Below, piece by piece: positions 19,642 to 30,413 of a DNA stretch of 64,000 nt. The DNA lies in NCBI GenBank assembly GCA_017469425.1, contig JAFUGJ010000034.1, forward strand, positions 18,074 to 82,073, given 5' to 3'. Positions within the stretch are counted from its first letter, which is position 1, and the number at the start of each line of letters is the position of its first letter. Source of the DNA: Bacteroidales bacterium. GTDB taxonomy: Bacteria; Bacteroidota; Bacteroidia; Bacteroidales; UBA932. The notes under the pieces were generated by a model that searched no databases, was not told the origin of the DNA, and saw only the letters and a program-made list of their open reading frames with translations. Made by a program: the position numbers and the translations under genes.

Positions 19642-20940
19642 ATGAAAGCAATAAAATATGTTTCGGCCGACGAGGCGGTGAGCCATATTCCGAGTGGCAG
19701 CCATGTGCATCTGAGCAGCGTTGCAAGCGTGCCCCATTGTCTTGTCCGGGCTTTGTGCCGCAGGGCCGATGCCGGGGATGTGCGCGACCTTCATTTCCAC
19801 CACTTCCACACGGAAGGCCCCGCTCCGTACAGCGAGCCCCGTTACGAGGGAATCTTCTTCGACCAGGGCTTCTTCGTGGGGCCGAATGTCCGTGGCAATG
19901 TCAATGCGGGATATGCCGACTATCTTCCCGTGCATCTCGGGGAGAGCCAGAAACTGTATCGCAGCGGAGCCATTCATCTTGGTGCGGCCCTGGTGCAGGT
20001 GTCGCTTCCCGATGAACAGGGGAGGGTGTCGCTCGGCACTTCGGTCGACTGCTCGGTTGCCGCGGTGGAAAGCGCCGACATCGTAATCGGCGTTGTCAAT
20101 CCCAATGTGCCTTTTGCCTATGGCGACCTGCTCAGCCTCGAACAGTTCGATTACCTTGTGCAGGACGACACCCCGCTCGTGACCGCCGCGTTTGCGGAGC
20201 CTACTCCTACAGAAGTGCTGATTGGAAAGAACTGCGCCGCCCTCGTGGACGACGGAGACTGCATCCAGATGGGCATCGGGGCCCTTCCGAATGCCCTTGC
20301 CGCCCAGCTGGTGAATCATAAGAATCTGGGGCTGCATACCGAAATGTTCGCCGACGGGCTCCTCGCGCTCATCAAGAAAGGCGTCATCAACGGCAGCTGC
20401 AAGAAGACGGACCAGGGGAAGATAGTGGCATCCTTCCTTCTCGGTTCAAGCGATGTGTATTCGTTCATCGACCATAATCCCGATGTGCTGATGCGCGACA
20501 TCAAGTATGTGAACGACCCTTATGTCATCCGCCAGAACCCGAACATGAAGGCCATCAATTCCGCGACGGAGGTGGATATTACCGGGCAGATAAGCGCCGA
20601 CAGCATAGGCACCCGCATCTTCTCCGGAACAGGAGGCCAGCTGGAATTCGTTCGCGGTGCTTCCATGAGCGAAGGCGGCAAGAGCATCACGGCATTCGCT
20701 TCCCGTACCAACAAGGGCAAGAACAAGATTGTCGCGCAGCTTAACCCCGGAGCCGGAGTCGTGACACCCCGTGCGGACGCCCACTGGATAGTTACCGAAT
20801 ACGGAGCTGTCGACCTGTATGGAAAGTCGCTTCAGGAGCGTGCGAGGCTGATGATAAGCATCGCGCACCCCGACGACAGGGAGACTTTGGACAGGGCTGC
20901 CTTCGAACGCTTCGGCCCCCATTGGCTAAGCGTAAAATAA
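19642..20940 (+). CDS. acetyl-CoA hydrolase/CoA-transferase (4-hydroxybutyrate CoA-transferase Cat2-like)
   Basis: QMGIGALPNA, catalytic HTEMF, SGTGGQLEFVRGA, VTEYG, IAHPDDRE. Confidence 0.9.
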   Translation: MKAIKYVSADEAVSHIPSGSHVHLSSVASVPHCLVRALCRRADAGDVRDLHFHHFHTEGPAPYSEPRYEGIFFDQGFFVGPNVRGNVNAGYADYLPVHLGESQKLYRSGAIHLGAALVQVSLPDEQGRVSLGTSVDCSVAAVESADIVIGVVNPNVPFAYGDLLSLEQFDYLVQDDTPLVTAAFAEPTPTEVLIGKNCAALVDDGDCIQMGIGALPNALAAQLVNHKNLGLHTEMFADGLLALIKKGVINGSCKKTDQGKIVASFLLGSSDVYSFIDHNPDVLMRDIKYVNDPYVIRQNPNMKAINSATEVDITGQISADSIGTRIFSGTGGQLEFVRGASMSEGGKSITAFASRTNKGKNKIVAQLNPGAGVVTPRADAHWIVTEYGAVDLYGKSLQERARLMISIAHPDDRETLDRAAFERFGPHWLSVK

Positions 20941-20962
20941 AAAAGAGTTATATTTGCAAGTT

Positions 20963-22087
20963 ATGGCAGTATATAAAATAACGGAAGTTCGGGATGCCAA
21001 GGACATCATCAGGTTCGTGCGCTTTCCCGATACCTTATACAAGGGATGCCCGCAGTATGTGCCTGCTCTCCATACCCGGGAAGTGCGCAACCTCACCAAG
21101 GATGCCGCACTGGAGTATTGCACCCGCAAGATGTGGATCGTCCAGGACGGCCTGAAGGTGGTGGGACGCATCTGTGCGATGATAAATCCCCGCTACAATG
21201 AGCGTTATGGCAAGAAGTGCGTGCGTTTCGGCTGGTTCGACACCATCAACGACATCGAAGTCGCCCGCCTTCTCGTGCAGACGGCGGAGGCGTGGGCGAA
21301 GGAGCAGGGGATGGATACCATACACGGGCCTCTGTATTATAATACGCTGGGCAAGCAGGGAATGCTGGTCGAAGGCTATGAAAACATCCCCCCGTTCAAC
21401 TGCCTGTACAACTATCCTTACTACAACGACCTCATGGAGCAGCTCGGTTTCGTGAAAGAATGCGACTGGCTGCAGTACAGGATGGTGGCGAACCATGGCG
21501 TGCCCGAGAAGGCCCGCCGCGTGGCAAAGATAGTGGAAGAGCGGTACAAGCTCCATTTCGGGAGCCTGGACAAACTCAAGAAGGACCCGGAGATGGTGCG
21601 CAAGTTCTTCCGGCTCTACAGCGACAGCTTTTCGGAAACGGTGTATAACTTCATTCCCTTCACCGAGAAGGAAATCGAACAGGAAGCGGCGGATTCCATG
21701 CCATTCATATCGGACAAGGCGAGCTGTCTGCTGCTGGATGAGAACGATGAAATCGTGGCTTTCGGAATATCCTTCCCTACGATTTCCAGGGCCCTGCAGA
21801 AGGCGAAGGGCAAGCTGCTCCCCTTCGGATGGTGGCATCTCTGGCGTGCAATGCGCAATTACGAAACCACCGACCTCATGATAAACGGAGCGGTGCCGGA
21901 GTGGCAGAACAAGGGAGTTTCGGCCGTCTATTACAAGGAAATGGGCGACCGCGCCATCAAGGTCGGAATGCGCCGGGCAATCTCAAATCCCCAGATTGAG
22001 AGCAACAGCGCAGTGAATATCTGGAACAGTTACGAGCACGAGCCTTTCATGCGCAGGCGGTGCTACATCAAGAAGATAGGAGAATAA
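20963..22087 (+). CDS. YghO-like GNAT-fold N-acetyltransferase
   Basis: [40 protein letters not shown] at 20963. Confidence 0.75.
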   Translation: MAVYKITEVRDAKDIIRFVRFPDTLYKGCPQYVPALHTREVRNLTKDAALEYCTRKMWIVQDGLKVVGRICAMINPRYNERYGKKCVRFGWFDTINDIEVARLLVQTAEAWAKEQGMDTIHGPLYYNTLGKQGMLVEGYENIPPFNCLYNYPYYNDLMEQLGFVKECDWLQYRMVANHGVPEKARRVAKIVEERYKLHFGSLDKLKKDPEMVRKFFRLYSDSFSETVYNFIPFTEKEIEQEAADSMPFISDKASCLLLDENDEIVAFGISFPTISRALQKAKGKLLPFGWWHLWRAMRNYETTDLMINGAVPEWQNKGVSAVYYKEMGDRAIKVGMRRAISNPQIESNSAVNIWNSYEHEPFMRRRCYIKKIGE

Positions 22088-22088
22088 T

Positions 22089-23177
22089 ATGGCAGACAGT
22101 AAGTTGTTGGAAAAGGTCCTTTCGCTGCAGGACAAGTTTGCATCGCTGCAGGATCAGCTTTCGAGCCCCGATGTGATGTCGGACATGAAAAGGTATGTGC
22201 AGCTCAACAAGGACTACAAAGAGTTGGAGCCCATCATCAAGGCAGGGCTTGATTACAAGAAGAAGCTGGACAATCTGGCTTCGGCCAAGGATTTGCTCAT
22301 GAATGAGAGCGATGCCGAGCTGAAGGAGATGGCCCGCGACGAGATAAACGAGATAGAAGCCCTGATTCCGGACATTGAGCAGAATATCAAGCTGCTCCTC
22401 ATTCCCGCAGATCCGGATGATGGCAAGAATGCCCTCGTGGAAATCCGTGGCGGCACCGGCGGTGACGAGGCTGCCATCTTTGCAGGCGACCTCTTCCGCA
22501 TGTATCAGCATTTTGCCGAATCCAAGGGCTGGAAGCTCGAAATCACCGACCAGGCTCCCGGCACTTCCGGCGGTTTCAAGCAGGTCGTTTTCAAGCTCAA
22601 CGGCAGCGACGGGGTGTACGGCGTGATGAAATACGAGTCCGGAGTGCATCGCGTCCAGCGTGTGCCCCAGACTGAAACGCAGGGCCGCATCCAGACTTCC
22701 GCGGCTTCGGTCGCAGTGTTCCCGGAGGCGGGCGAATTCGATATTGAAATCAACCCCGCCGACATACGCAAGGACCTCTTCTGCGCCTCCGGGCCCGGTG
22801 GACAGGGCGTGAATACCACCTATTCCGCCGTGCGTCTGACGCATATTCCTTCGGGCATCGTAGTCCAGTGCCAGGAGGAACGCTCGCAGATAAAAAATGC
22901 CGAGCGTGCAATGGAGGAACTTCGTACCCGCCTCTACAACATGGAGCATCAGAAGTATCTGGACGGAATCGCCGCAAAGCGCAAGACCATGGTGTCCACC
23001 GGCGACCGCTCCGCCAAAATCCGCACCTACAACTATCCGCAGTCGCGTGTTACCGACCACCGCATCAACTGGACCATGTACAACCTTCCCGCCTTCATGG
23101 ACGGCGACATCCAGGAGTGCATCGACCAGCTGCAGATTGCCGAAAACGCCGAGCGGCTCAAGGAAGCCGGAGAATAA
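22089..23177 (+). CDS. prfA: peptide chain release factor 1
   Basis: [12 protein letters not shown] (PxT), [23 protein letters not shown]. Confidence 0.97.
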   Translation: MADSKLLEKVLSLQDKFASLQDQLSSPDVMSDMKRYVQLNKDYKELEPIIKAGLDYKKKLDNLASAKDLLMNESDAELKEMARDEINEIEALIPDIEQNIKLLLIPADPDDGKNALVEIRGGTGGDEAAIFAGDLFRMYQHFAESKGWKLEITDQAPGTSGGFKQVVFKLNGSDGVYGVMKYESGVHRVQRVPQTETQGRIQTSAASVAVFPEAGEFDIEINPADIRKDLFCASGPGGQGVNTTYSAVRLTHIPSGIVVQCQEERSQIKNAERAMEELRTRLYNMEHQKYLDGIAAKRKTMVSTGDRSAKIRTYNYPQSRVTDHRINWTMYNLPAFMDGDIQECIDQLQIAENAERLKEAGE

Positions 23178-23180
23178 GCC

Positions 23181-23690
23181 ATGATGCCGGAAATCACCCT
23201 TGCGATAGCATGCGCCGCCTTGCTCATTGCCTGTATCGAGCTGGCGATGCTGTACAGGTTGCAAAAGGGTGTGGAAATCATGCGCCTTACCAATATGGGC
23301 GATGTGGTGAGCGACCAACCGGCGTCCGTGGCGGGTGAAGAAATCATAACTCTGTCCGACAATGAGGGAACCATGAAGCTGAGCGTGCGCCAGCACAGCA
23401 TTTTCTTCATTGAATCGGATGACAATTACATCAAGGTGTGGTATGAAGACCACACGGGTGCCGTTAAGCAGTATATGCTGAGGTGCAGGCTGAAAACGGT
23501 GGAGGCGAGTTTCGCCGGGAGCGAACTCATCCGTTGCCACCGCAAATATATAATCAACATTTCGAAAGTGCAGGTACTGAGCAAGAAGAAGGAAGGGTAT
23601 GCCATTGAACTTGAGGGTGATGTGTTCCCGGAAATACCCGTATCCAAAACTTACGAGTCGGCTGTGCTTTCGCGTTTCAACTCACGGTAG
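23181..23690 (+). CDS. LytTR DNA-binding protein with one N-terminal TM helix
   Basis: IFFIESDDNYIKV, LIRCHRKYIIN, IPVSKTY; no receiver domain. Confidence 0.85.
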   Translation: MMPEITLAIACAALLIACIELAMLYRLQKGVEIMRLTNMGDVVSDQPASVAGEEIITLSDNEGTMKLSVRQHSIFFIESDDNYIKVWYEDHTGAVKQYMLRCRLKTVEASFAGSELIRCHRKYIINISKVQVLSKKKEGYAIELEGDVFPEIPVSKTYESAVLSRFNSR

Positions 23691-23694
23691 TATC

Positions 23695-24069
23695 ATGTGG
23701 CAGAGAATACAGACACTTTATCTTGCCATTGCATCGGGCCTTCTTGTTGCAATGTATTTTCAGGGTTATCAGACTCCGTACCTTATTCTTTGGAGTATGG
23801 CCCTGGCATCCCAGCTTCTTGCCCTCGTGTGCCTTAAGTCGCGCACGCTGCAGCTTCGCCTCAGCAACCTCGCAGGGCTTTTGCTTGTGGGCCTCCAGAT
23901 ATGGATGGGAGTCGTGTTTTTCACCTCCGAGCCCAGGCCGCTTGTCAATATGACCTATGTATTTCCCATAGTTGCGGCCATCCTGGACTTCCTGGCATCG
24001 CGCGGCATCCTGCACGACGAACTGCTGGTCCGCAGCGCCAGCCGCCTGCGCGCATCAAAACGGAAATAA
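23695..24069 (+). CDS. DUF4293 family membrane protein
   Basis: Starts MWQRIQTLYL and ends LASRGILHDELLVRSASRLR. ATG at 23695. Confidence 0.85.
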   Translation: MWQRIQTLYLAIASGLLVAMYFQGYQTPYLILWSMALASQLLALVCLKSRTLQLRLSNLAGLLLVGLQIWMGVVFFTSEPRPLVNMTYVFPIVAAILDFLASRGILHDELLVRSASRLRASKRK

Positions 24070-24084
24070 TAACACTTTAACGAT

Positions 24085-24954
24085 ATGAGAATTCCAGAAT
24101 CCGAACTTATCATCAACGCCGACGGCTCGGCGTTCCATATCCACATCAAGCCAGAAGAGCTGGCAGATACCGTAATCGTCTTCGGAGACCCCGGACGGGT
24201 GAAGATGTTCGTTCCCCTTTTCGACAGCGTCGAGGCGGAGGGGCAGTCCCGCGAATTCGCCTTTGTCACCGGCACCTATCACGGCAAGAGAATCACCGCC
24301 CTTTCTCACGGAATCGGCTGCGACAATATCGACATCGTCATGACCGAACTCGATGCCCTCGCCAATGTGGATTTCAAGACCCGCGAGGTGAAGCCGGAGC
24401 ACAAAACGCTTACCATAGTGCGCATCGGCACCTGCGGGGCCATCCAGCCGGAGATTCCCCTCGGCTCATTCATTCTCAGCCATATTTCCGTCGGCTGCGA
24501 CGGTCTCATGAACTGGTACGAAGGCAGGGATGACATCGCCCTTCTTGATTTTGAAGAAGCTTTCAAGAAAGCCGTGCACTGGAACAGGCACCTTCCCGAT
24601 CCCTATTTCGTCCGTGCTTCCGAGCGTCTCATCGACCTGTTCAAGGACTGCACCGTAAAGGGTATGACGGTGTCCGCTTCGGGATTCTACGGCCCTCAGG
24701 GGCGTGTCGTGCGTCAGGGCCTTGCCATGCCCAACATGCTGGAGGATTTCGAAAAGTTTGAATACGAGGGCTACAAGATTACCAATTTCGAAATGGAGAG
24801 TTCCGCCCTTGCCGGAATGTGCCGCAAGCTCGGCCACGACGGCATCACGGTGTGCGCCGCAATTGCCCACAGGTATCTCAAGGATGCGAATACCGACTAC
24901 AAGCCCAGGGTGAACGAACTTGTAAAACTCGTGCTCGACAGGCTCAGCGCTTAA
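24085..24954 (+). CDS. nucleoside (uridine-type) phosphorylase
   Basis: SELIINADGS, GDPGRV, GIGCDNIDIV, RIGTCG, GFYGPQGR, NFEME. Confidence 0.9.
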   Translation: MRIPESELIINADGSAFHIHIKPEELADTVIVFGDPGRVKMFVPLFDSVEAEGQSREFAFVTGTYHGKRITALSHGIGCDNIDIVMTELDALANVDFKTREVKPEHKTLTIVRIGTCGAIQPEIPLGSFILSHISVGCDGLMNWYEGRDDIALLDFEEAFKKAVHWNRHLPDPYFVRASERLIDLFKDCTVKGMTVSASGFYGPQGRVVRQGLAMPNMLEDFEKFEYEGYKITNFEMESSALAGMCRKLGHDGITVCAAIAHRYLKDANTDYKPRVNELVKLVLDRLSA

Positions 24955-25889
24955 TTGCTGTAAAGGTCTTTCAGAGTGTAGTCGAATACTTTGATTGAAG
25001 GGTCGCTGACCGTTGCGTCGACGATCCTTTTTTCATGCTTTTCAACATTGCTCCGCAGGAAGCGCAGCTGTTCGTCGTAGGTGCGAAGGAACTCCGAGGC
25101 CATTTCGTGCTGGTTGCCCTCGTAGCGGTAGATGTTGTAGTTGTAATTTCCCTTTGCGAAGATGCCGGAAAGCATTTCGGCGCCGCAGAACCAGTTTTTC
25201 CCCAAATGAATCTTGCCGTAGGCCACGACTTTGTCCCTGGTGCCGTGGATGAACAGGGTAGGGGCCGGTTCGCGTTTGTATGAGGGCTTGCCATTGCGGG
25301 AAAACACTGCACCTGCAAAAGACAGTACTCCGGCATAACGGAAGCCGGACGGGAGCATGCCCGCAATGCTGTCGCCGTTGCTTGCATGCCACTCGGCCTG
25401 CATTGAGATGATGGCTCCCGCCGACGAACCGGCGAGTACTATCGACCCGGGGTCGACTCCAAGCGCCTCGGCATTTTCCAGGATATAGGCAGTGGCGGTG
25501 TAAAGGTCCTCGACTCCTATCCGGATGGCCTCGTAAATTATGTCGATGCTCTTCGTGCCGGACACTTTCTTGCCTTTGAGACCAAGGCGGTAGTCGATGC
25601 TGATGACCCTGTATCCGTCTTCGGTAAGGCGCTTGAACCAGGGAAGGTACCCCTGCGAGTTTCGCGAACCGTTCACGAATCCTCCTCCAAACGAAAACAG
25701 AATCGTGGGGCGGGGGAGGCTGTCGGGCTGGATGCGCGGCTCATAAACGCTCATGAAGAGTTCGCTGGAGTCGCGCCGGGCGAACATGTATTCAGCCGAT
25801 GGGTCGAATACGAAGGGCTTGGACTTTTCCCGGGCGCTGCACGGGAGCATGGCCAGGAGCAATGCGGCCAGGATGGTGAACTTTTTCAT
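24951..25889 (-). CDS. secreted alpha/beta hydrolase (esterase/lipase)
   Basis: Signal peptide; FGGGF oxyanion motif, SIDYRLG, GSSAG nucleophile, HGTRD, H in NQHEM. Confidence 0.85.
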   Translation of the reverse strand: MKKFTILAALLLAMLPCSAREKSKPFVFDPSAEYMFARRDSSELFMSVYEPRIQPDSLPRPTILFSFGGGFVNGSRNSQGYLPWFKRLTEDGYRVISIDYRLGLKGKKVSGTKSIDIIYEAIRIGVEDLYTATAYILENAEALGVDPGSIVLAGSSAGAIISMQAEWHASNGDSIAGMLPSGFRYAGVLSFAGAVFSRNGKPSYKREPAPTLFIHGTRDKVVAYGKIHLGKNWFCGAEMLSGIFAKGNYNYNIYRYEGNQHEMASEFLRTYDEQLRFLRSNVEKHEKRIVDATVSDPSIKVFDYTLKDLYSN

Positions 25890-25891
25890 TG

Positions 25892-26398
25892 TCAGCTGAC
25901 TATTTTGTTGTTGATCCGGATGGAAGAAAGGAGCCTGCCCAGTTGCTCTGCATCGGGCATTTGAATCCGTAGCTTGTCCTTCTTGGAAGCCTCTCCGCGT
26001 CCTGTCCTGAATCCTTTTCGAAGCAGGTATTCGGCGGCGCGGCAGTCCTGCTGCTTGAGTATGGCCCTGAGAAGATGGGTGGCGTCCGCCTCGTCGGCGC
26101 CCTCGCCCATCGCTTCCGCAATGGCGAGATTCACGGTAGACGACCCGTCACGGCCCAGGCGGACCTGCTCTTCTTCGGAAAATGGGATGCAGTGTTCGTG
26201 GAACACTCTGGCGTCGATGCTCTTTTTGCAGTCTTCGATATCGATTCCCTGATGCTCGAGCGAGGCGACGGCGGGATTGCTCCTGTGCCGCAGGATGCCG
26301 AGGAACAGATGGTCGGGACCGATGGAGTAGGTGCCGGTGCGCATCGCCTCTTCGCGGGCGAACCCGACTATGGCGTCGAAATCTGTAGAAATCTTCAT
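25892..26398 (-). CDS. stand-alone Clp N-terminal repeat domain protein
   Basis: AREEAMR...IGPDHLFLGILR and AEA...ADATHLLRAIL double repeat; no Walker motifs. Confidence 0.8.
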   Translation of the reverse strand: MKISTDFDAIVGFAREEAMRTGTYSIGPDHLFLGILRHRSNPAVASLEHQGIDIEDCKKSIDARVFHEHCIPFSEEEQVRLGRDGSSTVNLAIAEAMGEGADEADATHLLRAILKQQDCRAAEYLLRKGFRTGRGEASKKDKLRIQMPDAEQLGRLLSSIRINNKIVS

Positions 26399-26484
26399 TC
26401 TGGGGGCCTGATAATTCCTTGCAAAAGTAGCAATTTAATCGAATATTTTTGTTAAATTTGCGTGTTTATATACTAATGATTTTT

Positions 26485-29034
26485 ATGGATAGTGAGGGAA
26501 ATATGACAGAGGTCAACCACGGCTTTATCGAGCCGGTGGAAATCGACCATGAAATGCGCAGCGCATATATAGATTATTCGATGTCGGTAATCGTGTCGCG
26601 TGCGCTGCCCGATGTGCGTGACGGACTCAAACCCGTGCAGCGGAGAGTGCTTTTCGGAATGGACGGGCTTGGCCTTTCCTACGGAGGACAGACCAAGAAG
26701 TCGGCGCGTATCGTCGGTGAAGTGCTGGGTAAGTTCCATCCTCACGGCGATTCATCCGTGTACGACGCCATGGCGCGTCTTGCCCAGCCCTGGAACCAGC
26801 GTTATCCCCTGGTGAAAGGTCAGGGTAACTTCGGCAGCATGGACGGCGATCCGGTGGCAGCCATGCGTTATACCGAGGCAAAGCTTGAAAAAATGTCCGA
26901 GGATGTAATTTCGGACCTCGAAAAGAATACGGTTGACATGACGCTCAACTTCGATGACTCCATCGAAGAGCCTACCGTGCTTCCGACCAAACTGCCTTTG
27001 CTCCTGCTCAACGGTTCTTCCGGCATTGCGGTGGGTATGGCCACCAATATGGCTCCCCACAACCTGGGAGAGTGCTGCGACGCCATCTGCGCCTATATTG
27101 ACAACCCCGACATCGATGTGGAAGGTCTCATGGAGCATGTCAAAGGGCCCGACTTCCCGACGGGAGGGCTTATCATGGGCCGTCAGGGCATCATTGACGC
27201 CTACACCACCGGCCGCGGCAAGGTCGTAATCCGTTCCAAGACGGAAATCGAAGTCAACGACCGCGGACAGGAAACCATCGTGGTGACCGAGATTCCTTAT
27301 ATGGTGAACAAGAAGGAGATGCTGGAGCGCATCGCCCAGATGGTGGAAGACAAGAAAATCGAGGGCATCTCCTACATGAACGACGAATCCTCCCGCGAGG
27401 GGGTGCGCGTGATTTTCCGCGTAAAGCAGGGCGCAAACACCAATGTGGTGCTGAACACGCTCTTCAAATATACCCCTCTGCAGTCGAGCTTCGCAATCAA
27501 CAATGTCGCCCTCGTCAAGGGCCGCCCCCGCACCCTTACCCTGAAGGAAATCATCGCGAACTTCGTGGATTTCCGCCACGAGGTGGTAGTGCGGCGCACC
27601 AAGTTCGAGCTTGACAAGGCGCAGAAGAGGGCGCATATCCTGGAAGGTCTGCTGAAGGCAATCGACATAATCGACGAAATCATCGCCCATATCCGTGCGT
27701 CCAAGAGCGTGGATGAGGCGCGCGAAGGTCTCATCACCAAGTTCGGCTTCTCCGAGGCCCAGGCCCAGGCCATCGTGGAGATGCGTCTGCGCCAGCTCAC
27801 CGGACTCGAGCGCGAAAAGCTCCAGGCCGAGTATGACGAACTCGAGAAGTTCATCGCCCGCTGCATCGAAATTCTCGGAAGCGAAGCCCTCCAGCTGCAG
27901 ATAGTGAAGGACGAATGTGCCGAGATGAAAGCCAAGTATGGCGATGCCCGCCGCAGCGAAATAACCTTCAGCGCCGACGAATTCAATCCCGAGGACTTCT
28001 ATGCCGACGAAGATGTGGTGATTACCATATCGCACCTTGGATATATCAAGCGTACCGCCCTCACCGAATTCCGCACCCAGGCGCGCGGCGGCGTTGGCAA
28101 GAAGGGCGGAAGCACGCGCGACGAGGACTTTATCGAGCATATCTATGTCGCCAACATGCACTCCACCATGCTCTTCTTCACCCAGAAGGGCATGTGCTTC
28201 AGGCTCAAGGTGTACGAACTTCCCGAAGGAGTGCGCGCATCCAAGGGCCGTGCGGTGCAGAACCTGCTTCCCATTGATTCCGACGACAGCATCCGCACCT
28301 ATCTCAATGCCGCGAAAATCGAAGACCCCGAATATGTGCAGAACCACTTCGTGACCCTCGTCACCAGGAACGGCATCATCAAGAAGACCAGCCTTGAGGA
28401 TTATTCCAACAAGCGCAGCCGCAACAAAGGCATCATCGCCCTTACCATACGCGAGGGAGATGCCTTGCTGGATGCGGTGCTTACCAACGGCAACGAGAAC
28501 ATAATGATTGCCGCCCGTAACGGCCGTTGCGTCCGCTTCGATGAAAGCGGCCTGCGTGCCATGGGACGCAGCGCTTCGGGAGTGCGCGGCATCAGTATGG
28601 ATGATGGCGACGAGGTCGTGGGTGTCATCACCTATGATCCGAATGCCGAAGACAGGACTGAGCATACCGTGCTGGTAGTGAGCGAACATGGTTTCGGAAA
28701 ACGCTCCGATCCCGAGGATTACCGCCTTACCGCACGCGGAAGCAAGGGCGTCAAGACCCTGAACATAACCGACAAGACAGGCAAGGTCGTGGCAATCAAG
28801 AATGTGACCGCTCAGAACGACCTGATGATAATCAACCGTTCCGGACTCACCATCCGCCTCTCGGTAGCCGACATCAAACAGTCCGGGCGCGCAACCCAGG
28901 GCGTGAAACTCATAAGCCTGCGCGAGGGCGACTCGATTGCCGCCGTTTCTGTGGTGAACAAGGCTGATGAGGAGGAGGCCGAAAGCGGGAATGGCACGGA
29001 AACTGCAAATACTACCGAAACGATAACCGAATAA
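26485..29034 (+). CDS. gyrA: DNA gyrase subunit A
   Basis: [33 protein letters not shown], GyrA box QARGGVG, C-terminal pinwheel. Start could be 26476, 26485 or 26503. Confidence 0.97.
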   Translation: MDSEGNMTEVNHGFIEPVEIDHEMRSAYIDYSMSVIVSRALPDVRDGLKPVQRRVLFGMDGLGLSYGGQTKKSARIVGEVLGKFHPHGDSSVYDAMARLAQPWNQRYPLVKGQGNFGSMDGDPVAAMRYTEAKLEKMSEDVISDLEKNTVDMTLNFDDSIEEPTVLPTKLPLLLLNGSSGIAVGMATNMAPHNLGECCDAICAYIDNPDIDVEGLMEHVKGPDFPTGGLIMGRQGIIDAYTTGRGKVVIRSKTEIEVNDRGQETIVVTEIPYMVNKKEMLERIAQMVEDKKIEGISYMNDESSREGVRVIFRVKQGANTNVVLNTLFKYTPLQSSFAINNVALVKGRPRTLTLKEIIANFVDFRHEVVVRRTKFELDKAQKRAHILEGLLKAIDIIDEIIAHIRASKSVDEAREGLITKFGFSEAQAQAIVEMRLRQLTGLEREKLQAEYDELEKFIARCIEILGSEALQLQIVKDECAEMKAKYGDARRSEITFSADEFNPEDFYADEDVVITISHLGYIKRTALTEFRTQARGGVGKKGGSTRDEDFIEHIYVANMHSTMLFFTQKGMCFRLKVYELPEGVRASKGRAVQNLLPIDSDDSIRTYLNAAKIEDPEYVQNHFVTLVTRNGIIKKTSLEDYSNKRSRNKGIIALTIREGDALLDAVLTNGNENIMIAARNGRCVRFDESGLRAMGRSASGVRGISMDDGDEVVGVITYDPNAEDRTEHTVLVVSEHGFGKRSDPEDYRLTARGSKGVKTLNITDKTGKVVAIKNVTAQNDLMIINRSGLTIRLSVADIKQSGRATQGVKLISLREGDSIAAVSVVNKADEEEAESGNGTETANTTETITE

Positions 29035-29051
29035 ACCAAATTTGAATTGAT

Positions 29052-30368
29052 ATGAAAAAGATTTTTCTGGTACTCGCTCTTGCTGCATCGCTTCAGATAG
29101 CAGGTGCACAGACAAACAAGGCCGTAGAGGAGGCCAAGAAAAAGGTTGAGTCCGCAAAGGCTGCAGCCAATGATGTCAAGAAGGCCGCAAACATGGCGAC
29201 ATGGATTAAACTCGGCAAGGCTTATGCCGATGTCTATACCGCCGCACAGGGCAACGGATTCGTTGGCACCAGCATCAGCGAACTCCCGATTCTCATGAAC
29301 GGCTTGAAGCCTTTATCGGAGGAAGATGTCCAGATTGGCGGCGTTCCCATGAAGGTTCAGCATTATGAGACAGCCGATTACTATATTGCCGACGGCAGGG
29401 TGGCGATGATAGTCGTCTCGAACCAGGCTTCCGGCGATGCTCTCAACAACTCCCTGGAGGCTTACAAGAAGGCTCACGCTCTCGATGTGAAAGGCAAGAA
29501 GACCAAGGACATTTCCGATGGAATCAGGCTTGTCGTCGAAAATCTTGCGAAGGAAGCGGTGTCTGCCTACCAACTTCAGGATTTCGCCCTTTCATCCAAA
29601 CTTTTCGAGGCTTCTGTAAATGCTTCCGAGGCTGCACCCTATTCGCAGCTCGACACCAACTCCATTTACAACGCAGGTCTGACCGCGCTTCTTTCCGGCG
29701 ACAGGGCCAAAGCGAAGGAAATGTACACCCGCTGCCTCGAAATCAACTATTTCGGTGACGAAGGTGATGTGTATTCGCGTCTTGCAACTATCCTGGACCA
29801 GGACGGTGACAAGGCGGGCGCACTCGAACTCCTTGAAAAGGGATTCGTTTCCTTCCCCAGGAGCCAGGGTATCCTCATCGGACTTATCAATGCCTATAAC
29901 GAGCAGGGCGGCAATACCGACCGTCTTTTCGAGCTCCTTGATGTTGCCAAGCAGAATGAGCCCAACAATGCTTCGCTCTGGTATGCCGAAGGCGACATCC
30001 GTCTAAAGATGACTCCTCCACAGGTGGAAGAAGCATTCGCCGCATTTGAAAAATGCAACGAGATTGATCCCAACTATGAGTATGGCTTTATCGGCATGGG
30101 CGTTTATCTTTACAACAACGCTGCCGACATTGCCAAGAAGGCTGACGAGGAACTTGACAACGACAAGTACAACGCCCTTGTAGCCCAGTTCAGGGATTCG
30201 CTCAAGGCCAGCATCGAACCTTTCGAGAAGGCTTTCGAGGTGTCGAAGGACAATGGCATCAAGCAGACGATGGCCGAGTATATCAAGCAGGCTGCCTTCC
30301 GTTTCCGCGACGAACCGGAATATCAGGCAAAATATGACAAGTACAACTCTATAGCTGCCGGTGAGTAG
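29052..30368 (+). CDS. secreted tetratricopeptide repeat protein
   Basis: Signal peptide; helical TPR-like repeats (YNAG, EPNNASLWY, IDPNY); usual position after gyrA. Confidence 0.8.
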   Translation: MKKIFLVLALAASLQIAGAQTNKAVEEAKKKVESAKAAANDVKKAANMATWIKLGKAYADVYTAAQGNGFVGTSISELPILMNGLKPLSEEDVQIGGVPMKVQHYETADYYIADGRVAMIVVSNQASGDALNNSLEAYKKAHALDVKGKKTKDISDGIRLVVENLAKEAVSAYQLQDFALSSKLFEASVNASEAAPYSQLDTNSIYNAGLTALLSGDRAKAKEMYTRCLEINYFGDEGDVYSRLATILDQDGDKAGALELLEKGFVSFPRSQGILIGLINAYNEQGGNTDRLFELLDVAKQNEPNNASLWYAEGDIRLKMTPPQVEEAFAAFEKCNEIDPNYEYGFIGMGVYLYNNAADIAKKADEELDNDKYNALVAQFRDSLKASIEPFEKAFEVSKDNGIKQTMAEYIKQAAFRFRDEPEYQAKYDKYNSIAAGE

Positions 30369-30413
30369 TTTTATCCATACAGGACTATAGTTTTTGCATT
30401 ACTCATAAATTTA

